DNA of 64,000 nucleotides from Vicugna vicugna (Eukaryota): the NCBI GenBank assembly GCA_013265495.1, contig MU058533.1:62001-126000 (forward strand). The letters are read 5' to 3'. The notes beneath the pieces are model-generated. The model did not search any database. It saw only the letters and a program-made list of their open reading frames with translations, and was not told where the DNA came from. Both the position numbers and the translations under genes were made by a program. Numbering within the stretch: position 1 is the stretch's first letter; each line of letters opens with the position of its first letter. Of the stretch, positions 1 through 29,146 are shown piece by piece.

Positions 1-1049
1 GTGAGCAACCTAAATGTTGTCATCTTAAGCTACTACACTTCCTGGATGTCCATTATACAATAAAAGTTAACCAGAACAGATCTATTTCCCATGTTTGGAG
101 TTCTCAAAAAAAATTAGTTAAATGTGCATAAATGTTTATGTATACAATGAAAAAGCTCATCTATGCAATTTTGTAAAACTAAAAAGAAATCACAGCAAAC
201 TGCTGGGCTAGGGGGTGGGGAGCAAGGAGCAGAGTGGAAATTTTTCCCACATAATATTTTGGAGAGAGAGAGAAGAGATTAATGAAGTGCTTACAACAAC
301 ACTCCCTGGCACACAGTCAGCACCAAGCATGTGTTTGCATTATTTCTCTTATTGTATGACCAGATGAGGACACGAACACCAACCATGAGTTTTGGGTCCC
401 TCTGGTGCACACATCAGGACCTTACTGGTTTACAACCCCCATCCCGTTCAGTCCTTCAGCCCTTAGCAAGGAGAAGTTTCCCGGGAGGTGAGAAAGCACT
501 GGGCTTGGGGTCAGACCTCCCATGGTCAAAACCCACCTTTGCCACTCTCCTGCTGTGTGACCTTGGGCAAGTGACTTGCCCTCTCTGAGCCTCATGTCCT
601 TCTTGGCAAAAAGGGCATAGTAATAGGTCTATGGGAATTAGAGGAGTGTATCCATGTGTGTGTCTTACTTAGTTTGGGTTCCTCAGAAGTAAACTGCAAT
701 GCAAAGATTCGAGTGAAAGTCCTTTATTTGGAGGTGACTTTGAGAACAGCATTCAACTGTAAGCTGTTTCTTTGGAAGATGATTCCAGGAAACACCAGTA
801 GGGTAGGGAGGCAAGGAAGTTCCCACTTTGGGCACCTGGGGCTCAGTCCCTCTGGGAGACAGCAGAGAATATGCACCCACCCGTCCTTAGTCAAGGCTGC
901 ATCCAAGAGTGTTATTTCTCCCAAATGTCCTGCCTGGTGCAAACAGAAGGGAGATTTGGACAGCGTCTCCTGTGATGAACACAGCCTGATGTGGACAGTT
1001 ACAGTCATTCGGTGAGTGAGATTCTCCCGTCCTCTCTTCCCAATACATC

Positions 1050-1270
1050 TATCCACACTCAGTCACACACACATGAACTCACACTTACAAACACACATGC
1101 ACACACACAGGTGCAGGCACACACATACAATCACACACAGGCACACTTTGACACTCACATACTTGCATATACTCACACACGTGCTCACCTCAATGCACCC
1201 AAGCATACAGTCACACATACATGCGCACACAGTCACACACGACTGCCCGTGCACACAAGCTCACACACGC
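1050..1270. repeat. Degenerate (CA)n-rich low-complexity tract
   Basis: Interrupted cacaca runs over ~220 bp. Confidence 0.85.
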
Positions 1271-3867
1271 TGTACTAAGGGAGACCAGATGCCTCAGCCG
1301 TCTTCCCAAATTTTCCAGCAGAGGGAGCCTCCGACATACTCAGGAGAGGAAAGAGCCAGCATCAGCGCCAGGCCTGGGTGTGCCTTGAGAGTCACACTTG
1401 CAGGTGCAGCGGGGTCCCAGGGGCCTACGAGTCCCATGTCTCCCCTCCTCCCCTCTCTCTTTCATTCACCGTCACGGCTCTTAGCAGAAAGTCAATCTAC
1501 ATTTCAAGTATGAAGATCCTGTGAAATCCACAAGACAAGGGAGAATGGAGGTGCAGAGAGGGGCAGTCATGTGCCGCTAGGAAGAGGCAGAACCGGGGTT
1601 TAAACCCGAATGTGTCTCTTCTCAAGTCCAAGTTATTTTTGCTGGTGGATGAAGAGGTTGCACGGGAAAAGCGCGGGGAAAGCGGGGGAGGTTGGTGCAA
1701 TGTTTAGGGAATGATGTGCACTTGGAGACCCCGAGTCTGGACAGGAGTGTGAAAGAGGCAGCATCAACAAGAGCCATGTGGTTCCTGTAAGGCGCGTGAC
1801 CTCATGTTTCCCTCTCAGCCTGCGAGTAGCCGGCACAGGCGATTCCGGCCTACGATCCCATCATAGGCCACCTAGGGGCGCCCCAGGATCGGCCGCCCAG
1901 CGTGGTTTCATCTCCACTTCCCCCAACCCTACCCCATTCCTGTAGAACCCGCTTCTGCGCAGAGAGGCTAGAGACCCAGACCAGGACTAGAAGCCTGAGT
2001 GATGGGGTAGGAAAGGACTCGGGGCCCCCTTTGAGATCCCAAGAATATCGTTGTAGGACCTTGGTTGCGTCATTTCACTGGGGAACTCAATTTCCACCTC
2101 CGTTATATGAAATAGTAACAGTACCCATTTCATAAAAATATTACCTGTGATAATTAAATGAGAATATCTGGGAAGGGCATACAGGAAGCACTCAACCAAC
2201 TTTAAATCTCATTATGGTTATCTTAACTCTGGAGACTCCCAGGGTTTGGTCCTTTTTACCCCTCCTCCGTATGCTCACAAGTACACGCACCACACACACA
2301 CCGGGGGATCTCACCCAGTCTTTTTAGACAATAGCTAACACTGAGCCTCCCAAATGTACATCACCAGCCCTAAACTGTCTCCCAAATTCAAGACCCATCT
2401 ATTCAACTGCCAGCTTGACACCTCCAACTCCTCCTGGCCCAAAATGACATGCTGATCTCACCCCGACCCCCCACCCCCCAAAAACCCAACTTACTCATTC
2501 AGGATTCTGCAACTCAGTTGATGATACTTTTCCATCTTTCCAGGTGCTCAGATTCAAACGTGGGGTCCTCCCCTTCTCCTAATCCCCACATTCCATCTGT
2601 CTGCAAACCTGACAGCACTACCTTCATGAAAGAACTATTTCTCATCAGAATCCAACTGCCCCTTTTTACCTCTACAGTGCCCATCTTGGGTCGAGTCACC
2701 ATCTGGTCTCCCTAGTCCCAGCCTTGCCACAGTCTCTATTCAACAGAGCAACTCAAGACTGTAAGATAAATCTTGTCCTTCCTCTGCAAGAACCCTCCAT
2801 GGCTCACCATTTGTCACAATAAAAGTCAAAATTCTTTCAGTGGCTTCCGAGGCTGTGTGAATTTACTAATTTATTTGGTTCTTTATCATCTGTCATCTGT
2901 TTCCCACTTCTAGCATGTCAATTACGCAAGGACTCAAATACTGCCTGGCTTACAGCAGATGATCAATAAAAATGTGATGAATTAATATTATTATTGTAGT
3001 CATGGTCATTGCCCTACCTTCTATATCATCATATCGGGGACTACTCCCCCAGCCAAATACTTGGCAATCACCCTTATCTCCTCCATCCCCTCAGCCCTCA
3101 CAGCTAGCTAGGCACCCCTCCTGTCCCACCTGGACCTCAGCCTCCCTCTTCCCTGAGTTTCCAGCCTCTAGTACAACATTTCCAAGCCACCTCCCTTTCA
3201 GCCCAGATCTAACCATAACCTCCCCAGCCCCTGCTCACACATACACTATGGCTCCCTATTGCCCTCTGCATAAAGCCTGAACTGTGATGTGGCCCTGTCC
3301 ACCCTTCCTCCATCCTGCCCCTACTCCCGAGATCTAGCCACCCTGGCTCCTTGTGAGTTTTCCATGAGCACACTGTGCTCACCCTCACCTCAGGACATTT
3401 GCAGCTGCTATCCCGCTACCTGGAGTGCTCTCTCTCCCTTGCCACTACTCAACTTCTGCTTCTGCTTCAGCATCAGAGCAGCTTTCCCTGAGCCAACCTC
3501 CACCCCCTGTTCTGCTTGCCCAGCACCAAGGCCTCTCTTTTGGAGCACTTGTTACAGATTGCAAATACATTTTCACGTGGAATTAATTGTTCAACGTATG
3601 CCCCCGTCCTTCCAAAGACAGGAATTTTCCTGGGGTTGTGTTCCTGGTCCAGTACCAGCAGACACTTAGGATGCAGTAAGCTGATGAAATAAATGAATGC
3701 ACAAACTGTCCCCAAAAGTCTGTTTATGTCTGAGGACAAATGGCTTCCTAGCCTCCTAGCCCACAGCTTCCCAACTGTCCAGGACCCTTCATTTTCTTGC
3801 TGGGAGCTGGGAGTAAGGATCTGGCCTAGCTGAGGATGGATGATGGGGGATGTCTGCATCCCTTGCT

Positions 3868-3873
3868 TTTATT
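3868..3873 (-). terminator. CYP4F22: Probable CYP4F22 polyadenylation signal (AATAAA)
   Basis: tttatt on the + strand, about 670 nt past the stop codon; the first such hexamer I found downstream of the stop. Confidence 0.7.
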
Positions 3874-4209
3874 TTACAAACATCAGGACACTCAGCAAAG
3901 GGCCTTTGAGGAAGGGAGGAAGGAAGGGGCTTGAGAGGGAGGGTGTGAGTTTACAAATCAAGAACAGACAGCCTGGGCCCTAGGATGCAGCCTGATTCCT
4001 GAGGAGTTCACCCATTTGAGCTGAGGGCCTCGAGAAGGTGATGTTCAGGTTCAAGGCTCTGATCTCGGGCTCCATTTCCCAAGTCCTCAATTTAAAAGCC
4101 AGTCGGGATCCGAGGGAGACCGGACTTGTATCCTAGAGGCCTTGGATGTCCAGTCTTAGGTCCTCCGAAGGCTCATTAGGCTAGGCCTGAAGACCTGAAT
4201 CCGAATGAC

Positions 4210-4540
4210 GTTGGGGGCGGGGCCTGAGCCCGAGGGGCCTGACCAATCCTGATCCCTCAAACAAGAGAGCAGGAACCGGCCCTCAGGGGGCGGGACCTGG
4301 ACCTCAAGGGGCGGGATCAGACCCTCAGGAGGCGGAGCCTTGCTTTGAGGGGTGTGACCTGCGCCGTCAGTCTGCTTAATGGAGGAGCCTGTTCACCCCA
4401 GGAGCGGAGCCCAGACTTCGAGGGGCGTGGTCAATGCCCTCAGGATCTTGAGGGCGGGGCCTGGGCCCTCAGGGGCAGAACCTGAGCCTCTCTGGGCGGG
4501 GCTTGGGCCCCCGGGATCCGCGGGGGCGGGCCGGGCCTCA
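4210..4540. repeat. Degenerate ~21-bp GC-box tandem array in the CYP4F22 3' UTR
   Basis: Units such as ccctcagggggcgggacctgga (4280), cctcaaggggcgggatcaga (4302), ccctcaggaggcggagcctt (4322). Confidence 0.75.
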
Positions 4541-4541
4541 T

Positions 4542-22380
<17,839 letters not shown>

Positions 22381-22894
22381 CCTGGGGGGACACACGGGGT
22401 AGGGGTCAGTGCAGATGGGAGCCACCCTCCGGTCACAAATGATGCCATACACGTGATGACCTGTGGAATCAAGCAGGGGGTGCCTGGCGCGCAGCAGGCA
22501 TTCAACATATGCAGGTCCCAGATGCCAAGGATACTGCTTCCCCCCTGCAGTGACCTCCAGCCAGCTAGCCCCACACTTTCTCCCTCAGCCTTGACTTTGC
22601 AGGGCATTCCTCCTGACTTCTCCGCCCACACACAGCTGGCCAGAGTGCTGGAAAATTAAAACAACCTCCCTCCCCTCCTCCCTGCCAAAAGCAGCTCTCA
22701 ACCAATGACTGACGAACATTGCTGGATAAATACTCCAGCTCCTTCTCGGTTCCAGTGCATTGACCCCTAGATGTGGGTTCTACACGCGCTACGAGGGCTT
22801 CCCAGCAGGATTACACTCCAGCTGCCCACAATAGAAACTTTCTCTATTAGCCACCTCCCTTCCCCTGTCTTACTTCCCCCTTCTCCTTCTTCTC

Positions 22895-23420
22895 TTCCTT
22901 TTTTTAATTGAGGTGAGAGTCACACAATATAAAATGAGCCATTTTAAAGTGAGCTTTACAATTTACATTCACAATACTGTGCAACCACCACCTTTATCTA
23001 GTTCCAAAACATTTCCATCATCCCCCAAAAGGAGACCTCTTCCCTATGAACGATCACCCCCTCATTCCTCCCACTCCCAGCCCCTGGCAACCACTAATCT
23101 TTCTGTCTCTGTGGATTTGCCCATTCTGGACATTTCCTATACATGGAATCATATAATATGTGGACTTTTGTGGCTTTTGTGGCTTCTTCCACCCAGCATG
23201 TTGTTTGCAAGGTTCATCCACCTTGTAGCACATATCAGTGCTTCATTTCCTGCCCCACTGAGTAATATTCCATTGTAGGGATGTGTCACAATTTGCTTAT
23301 CCATTCATTTGTTGATGGGCGTTTGGACTGTTTCCGCCTTCTGGCTACTGTGAAATGTGCTGTTATGAAAATGCACGTACCTGTATTTACCTGAGTCCTT
23401 GTTTTCAATTCTTTTAGGTT
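22895..23420 (-). mobile_element. Old L1M 3' end, antisense
   Basis: ccctggcaaccactaatct...tctgtggatttgcccattctggacattt. Confidence 0.8.
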
Positions 23421-23940
23421 CACTTTCTTCTTCCTCACTGGTCTTTTCTGTGATCACTTCCCAAAGAAACTATTTGCATTCAAATCCTTGCCCTGGGATC
23501 GGCTCCTGAAGGAACCAAAACAAAGCGACGGGTAGCAATGTATAACACAGTGACCAGGTATGGAGCACTGACTACCTGCCATGCACCACTATCAGGAATG
23601 TGCATGCCTCATTTTATGGAATCTTAAAGCAGTCCTTGGAGGGAGGTTCCGTCATCCTCTGTATTTTCAAGACAATTCAGACTCAGTGCCTTCAACTCAA
23701 GGCAGATGGGAGCTAACAGAAGCCCCTGAATCTCCACCAAGGCTAACCTCAATCACTTTGAGGACCCACGGATCTCAGACAACACCAAAGAGACTCCTGA
23801 AAATGCTCAGGTCCTACCCTCATCAATCTTTTCCACTCAGTCCTACCAGCCAAGAGTTCCCTCTGTGCCCCTACCTTCTTGGGTGACACAGCTAAAGGAA
23901 CCCTGCAGCACAGATTCTCAGCTGAGTCCTCAATCCTCAC

Positions 23941-24054
23941 CCACCCCTGCCAGTGGGGCCCCCGACTACGGGCTCCAACTCACTGACTCTTCCGTCAGCC
24001 AGTGCCCAACCTCATCACTCATGTGGAAGTGAAATTTCTATTGGTTGCCTCATC
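23941..24054 (-). other. CYP4F22: CYP4F22 non-coding exon 2 (5' UTR), inferred
   Basis: Unique sequence between repeats, bounded by a ctttctcag acceptor and TGG|gtgagg donor, ~1.6 kb upstream of exon 3. Fits the recalled two non-coding exons of human CYP4F22. Confidence 0.7.
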
Positions 24055-24137
24055 CTGAGAAAGCAGCTGGGTGGGTCATCTCCAAATGTGGAAGGACCCA
24101 AAGAAATGGTCTGACTTACAAGAGAGATGACATGACC

Positions 24138-24975
24138 ACTCATTAGGATAGCTACTATTAAAGAAAGAAAGACCAAAAAATAACAAGTGTTGGCAAGGAT
24201 GTGGAGAAATTGGAACCCCATGTATGGCTGGAGGGAACATAAAATGGCGCAGCCATGCTGTAGAGAATGGTATGGTGGTTCCTCAAAAAATTAAGCATAG
24301 AATTACCATTTGTTCTAGCAATCCCACTTTTGGTAGATCTTCAAAAGAAGTGAAAGCAGGAACTTAAATGGATATTTGCACACACATGTTCATGACAGAA
24401 GTATTTACAACAGCCTAAAGGTGGAAGCAACCCGAGCATCCATTGATGAAAGAATGGATATACAAAATGTGGTCTATTCATACAGTGGAATATTATTCAG
24501 CCTTAAAAAGGAAGGTAATTGTTGGGTGTAGGGTATAGCTCAGTGGTAGAACATGCACGAGGTCCTGGGTTCAATCCCCAGTACCTCCATTTAAAAAAAA
24601 AATTTTTAAAGAAGGAAATCGTTAATGCATGCTACAACATCAATGAACTTAAATGACATTATACTAAGTGAAATAAGCCAAACACAAAAGGATAAACACT
24701 GTATGATTCCACTTATATGAGGTCCCTGGAGTGGTCAAATTCATAGACACATAAAGTAGGATGGTGGTTGCCAGGGCCTGAAGGAGGAGGGGATAGGCAG
24801 TTAGTGTTTAATAGATAGAAGGTTTTAGCCAGGGAAGATGAAAAAGTTCAGGAGACGGATGGTGGTGATGGTTGCATGACAATGTGAATGCACTTAATAC
24901 CACTGAACTATACACGTAAAATGGTTAAGATGATAAATGTTAGGTTATGTGTATTTTACTACAATTAAAAATATT
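24138..24975 (+). mobile_element. L1MB-like 3' region
   Basis: aacaagtgttggcaaggatgtggagaaattggaaccc ... tattttactacaattaaaaa. Confidence 0.85.
24524..24610 (+). mobile_element. Vic-1-like SINE, short form with internal deletion, nested in L1
   Basis: gggtatagctcagtggtagaacatgcacgaggtcctgggttcaatcccc; part of the anticodon arm is missing. Confidence 0.88.
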
Positions 24976-25625
24976 TTTTGAAATACAGACAGCCTGATGT
25001 AGGAATACACCCACTGGAAGGTCCAGGTAGGGGTAGGGATGGGGTGGGGAGCAAGCAACCTTCCCAAATGAAGCACAGAGAGCTCCAAGTCACAAGTCCT
25101 GGGCAGATGCTCTGAACTAGGACCGGTGATGTGCAGTCGGGCTGCCTCTCCTACGGGCAGCTCCAGGTGAAATGCTCCACAGGAAATAGCTGTGGGTATT
25201 TATTTCTATATCAATTTAATGATGGCTAATGATTCTCCCCAGCCGTACCGGGGAAGCTAGCTAGCAGAAACTACTAAGAACTGTGACTTTCCTCTAGCTT
25301 CCACAGGCCAGGCCTTCCACCAAGGGTTCAACATGCATTTGTTCAGCATTCAGTTAGTAATTCATTTCTGAGCCCCTGCTATGTGTATGGCTCTTCTCTG
25401 AACATGGGGACGTAAGGATGGCAGGACAGACATGACCCCAGGCCTTAGGGGAGGTGACCACCAACAGATGTGCTAGGACACCATCTAAAGAAGGTAAAGT
25501 GGCATGGGGGAGCAGCTAAATATTGCCCCCTCCCGTCAATAACCCATCCTAAGCCCTGGAACCTGGGAATGTGACTTTATATGGAAAAATCATTGAAGGT
25601 GGGATTAAATTAAAGATCTAGAGAT

Positions 25626-25766
25626 GGTGGGGGAGGGTACAGTTCAGTGGTAGAGCACATGTTTAGCATGCATGAGGTCCTGGGTTCAATCTCCAGTACC
25701 TCCATTAAAATAAATAAATAAACCTAATTACCTCCCTCAACAAAATAAATAAATAAATAAATTATA
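25626..25766 (+). mobile_element. Vic-1-like SINE nested in an MLT1 LTR
   Basis: 13-bp TSD aaagatctagaga at 25612-25624 and 25767-25779. Confidence 0.93.
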
Positions 25767-25877
25767 AAAGATCTAGAGACCAGGAGATTATCCTGGATTG
25801 TCCAGGTGGGTCCTAGCTGGAATCACAAGTGTCCCTGTAACAGAGAGACAGAGGGAGATTTGACACACAGAAGACCA

Positions 25878-26003
25878 GGGAGGAGGGTATATAGCTCAGT
25901 GCTAGAGTGCACGCTTAGCATGCAAGAAGTCCTGGGTTCAATCTCCAGTACCTCAATTTTTAAAAGAAGAAGTAGAAAAGAAGAAAAAAAAAAAAAAAGA
26001 AGA
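25878..26003 (+). mobile_element. Vic-1-like SINE nested in an MLT1 LTR
   Basis: tRNA-like body with A/G-rich tail. Confidence 0.9.
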
Positions 26004-28209
26004 GAAGGCCTTGTGACCATAGAGGCAGGATTAGAAGGCCTCGTGAAGACAGAGGCAGGATTAGGGAGGGGTATGCAGCCAGAAGCCAAGGAATGCCTGG
26101 AGCCCCCAGAAGCTGGAAGAGGCAAAGAAGCTTCCTCCCCAAGAGCCTCCAGAGGGAGGGAGTGTGGCCCTGGCTTTCCGACTTCTGGCCTCCAAGTCTG
26201 TGAGGTAATAAATCTGTGTTGTTTTGCGTCACCCAGTTCATGGTCATTTGCTAATGGCAGCCACAGGACACTAACACGTTGGGTAAGAGGATGGTGAGCA
26301 ACTCTTCGATTTTTTCAGATGAGGTGGTCCAGGGAGGCTTCTCTGGGGAGGGATACCTGGGCAAAGGCTTGAGTGAAGTGAGTAATTAAATGAAGGGGGC
26401 TTTCTTATTAATTATGCACACACACACACTCTCCATAAGCAGCTGGGTTCTAATCCTGACTCCTTCTCTTTTACATGTGCCTCCCATTTTCCCATCTGAA
26501 ATTGTGGGTGGCTGTAAGAGATGATCTCCAGGTCCACCATGATGTGACCTTTCCTGTGTGTGGTCCAGAAAGGAGAGTTGGGGTCACGGGTCACCATCTT
26601 GGCAGGCCCAAGACTCCTGGGGGGTGGGGGGTGGAGTCAGCATATTCAGCCAACAGGGGGCCACATGGGTCACATCTAACCCCCCGGGCAACCTGGCTGA
26701 AGTCTGGCTCCCAGTCCACCCACCAGACACCTTTCTAAAAGCCTGTCATTTTCCCCAGCTCTAACTTCCTCCATGGCTCCCTACTGCCCCAGCCTGGCAT
26801 CCAAAGCCCCATCCTCCACCTCAAACACAAAGATCCCCTTTCTCAGCCTCTTTTGGACCCCTCTTTCTTTACCAAATTGTAACTGTTGACATTCCTTAGA
26901 GCTTGGTTCTGGACGGTCTCCTCTGTCTCTGTGCACATCTCCTGAGGATCTCACCCCTTCCATGAGCCAAGCTGTGGTGACTCCCATGTCTCAGTGACAC
27001 CCCCATAGGTCCAGCCACCTTCTGGATATTCCCCCAGGGGTGACCCCCAGGCCCTCAGAGTCATCTCACCTCCTTCCTCCTTCCTACATCTGATCTATTG
27101 CTGGCTCCTGCCAGTCATCCATCCTAACGTCTTTCACATCCATTCATTATTCCCCATCCCCATGATCCCACATGTGTCAGGTCACCACTGTGGTAGCCTC
27201 CTCCCACTGGTCCCCTGAGTTCCATCCTTGGCCCCCACCACTCCATTCTCCACACAGCAGCCAGAAAGATCTTCCTAGGAATAAATCAGACATGACCATC
27301 TCCTGCTAAAAATCCTCCTGTGATCTCCACTCCACTACATTCTGAACACAATTCAGGTTTCTTTCCATGGACCCCAGTGCCCTGAGTGGTCTGTCTCCTG
27401 ACCCCTGTCTCCCACCACTCTCCGCTTCACTCACTCAACTCCGGCCACTCCAGCCACAGATAAAGCTCATTCCCACCTCACAGCCTCTGCACATGCTGTT
27501 CCCTCCTCCTGACATGCCTTTCCCCCAGCTCTCCTCATGCCAGTTCCCCCTCATCCTCCAGGACCAGCTCTGCCTCTACAGCCTGTTTTTCATTGGAACC
27601 AGCCACCTCCCTTCCTTTGCTCTCAAAGGAACTATTGAGCGCCGCTATATGCCGTGGCTTTCAGAGTCATAACTTTCAGCTTTCCAGGCGCCCTCAGAGG
27701 GAGCTGGAGGACTTTCTAGAGGAGCCACAGCAAATACCCCCATGCCCATCTAGGAGAATCCCAGCTGATATCCCAACCAAGAAAATGTCTTCCTGAAGGA
27801 TTGAAATGGGAAGGAATTGAAACAAGATAAAGCACCAGCCCTGGAGAAGAGGTCACTGCTCTGGGAGGGTGGGTGCCTGGGGAGAGCCAGAGAAGACCTG
27901 TGCCCACCTCTCCACCCCCTCCATGCCAGGCATGGGCTGCAGTCTTTCCTGGGACAGACACCAGCTCTGCTCCTGGCAGAAAGAACACACACTGTGGTCC
28001 CCAACTGGATCTCACCACTGGAGCCTCAGTCTTCTCATCTACAAATTGGGAATAGTTGAAAGAGGTCCACCTGATGCTCATGGGAGGATCTCAATAAATG
28101 GGTGCATTGGGGAAATCCTCTACTTTCCACAGCTGGGATCCTCCTCCCCCAAGACAGGAGGACTTTTGTCCAACCCCCCAAAAGAAGGTGCTCCAAAAAG
28201 TTTTGAGGT

Positions 28210-28820
28210 GGTGCAGCCACTGTGGGAAACAGTTTGGTGGTCCCTCAAAAAGTTAAATATAGAATTGTCCCATGAGCCGGAAATTCCACTTTTAGGTGTA
28301 TACCCATGGAGTGAAAAACAAGCACTCAAACTGATATTTGCAAACAAATATTCATAGCAGCACTATTTACAATCACCAAAAGATGGAAACAACCCAAATG
28401 CCCATCAACTGATGAATGGATATCATGAGGTGTATCTATATGATGAAATATTATTCAGCAATGAAAAGGAGGTACTGCTATATGGAACAACATGGATGAA
28501 CCTCAAAAACATCACACCGAGTTAAAGAAGCCAGACACAAAAGTCCGTGTGCTGTGTAATCCAGTTTATATGAAATATCCCAGATAGGTAAATCACAGGG
28601 GCAAAAAGCAGATTAGTGGTGGCCAGGGGCTGGAGGGAGGGAAAATGGGGAGTGACTGCTAATGGGGACAGGGTCTCCTTTCTGGCTGATGAAAATGTTT
28701 TGGAATGATTAACAGGTGGTGATTGCACAACATTGTGAATGTGCTAAAAGCCACTGAATTGTTCACTTTAAAACAGCTGTTTTCTATTAGATGAATTTTG
28801 CCTCAATTTTTTTTAAGTGC
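28210..28820 (+). mobile_element. L1MB-like 3' region
   Basis: gtgcagccactgtgggaaacagtttgg...ttgcacaacattgtgaatgtgctaaa. Confidence 0.85.
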
Positions 28821-29019
28821 AAAAAAGAAGTTTTGAGGACCCTTGAGAAATTTATCATGGTAGCTGCCTCAGAAAGGGGCCTAGAAGAATTGAGGGCAGG
28901 ACTGGAAGGGAGACTTAATTCCCCTTCTCCATCTTTGGGGGTTTTTCAATTTTCTATACCGTGAGCACATATTGCCCATTGAAAAGTGTTTTAATTTACT
29001 ATTAAAATTAATTAGTTGA

Positions 29020-29146
29020 GGGGGGAGGGTGTAGCTCAGTGGTAGAGTATGTGCTTAGCAGGCATGAGGTCCTAGGTTCAAGCCCCAGTACCTCCATTAA
29101 AATTAGTTAATTAATTAAACCTAATTACCTCCCCCCCAAATGTTTT
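29020..29146 (+). mobile_element. Vic-1-like SINE
   Basis: TSD ttaaaatt(a/c)attagttga at 29002-29019 and 29145-29162. Confidence 0.93.

Larger units (their letters stand above)
25500..26277 (+). mobile_element. MLT1 solo LTR containing two SINEs
   Basis: ccctggaacctgggaatgtgac...gccaaggaatgcctggagccccc agaagctggaagaggcaa...aaatctgtgttgttt. Confidence 0.8.

Noticed and set aside
991..1513. His/Thr-rich ORFs
   Set aside because: They are translations of a degenerate (CA)n tract.
26003..26064. 30-bp tandem duplication (agaaggcc...gaggcaggatt), and a similar 18-bp duplication near 16230
   Set aside because: Local slippage inside old repeats; no functional implication.
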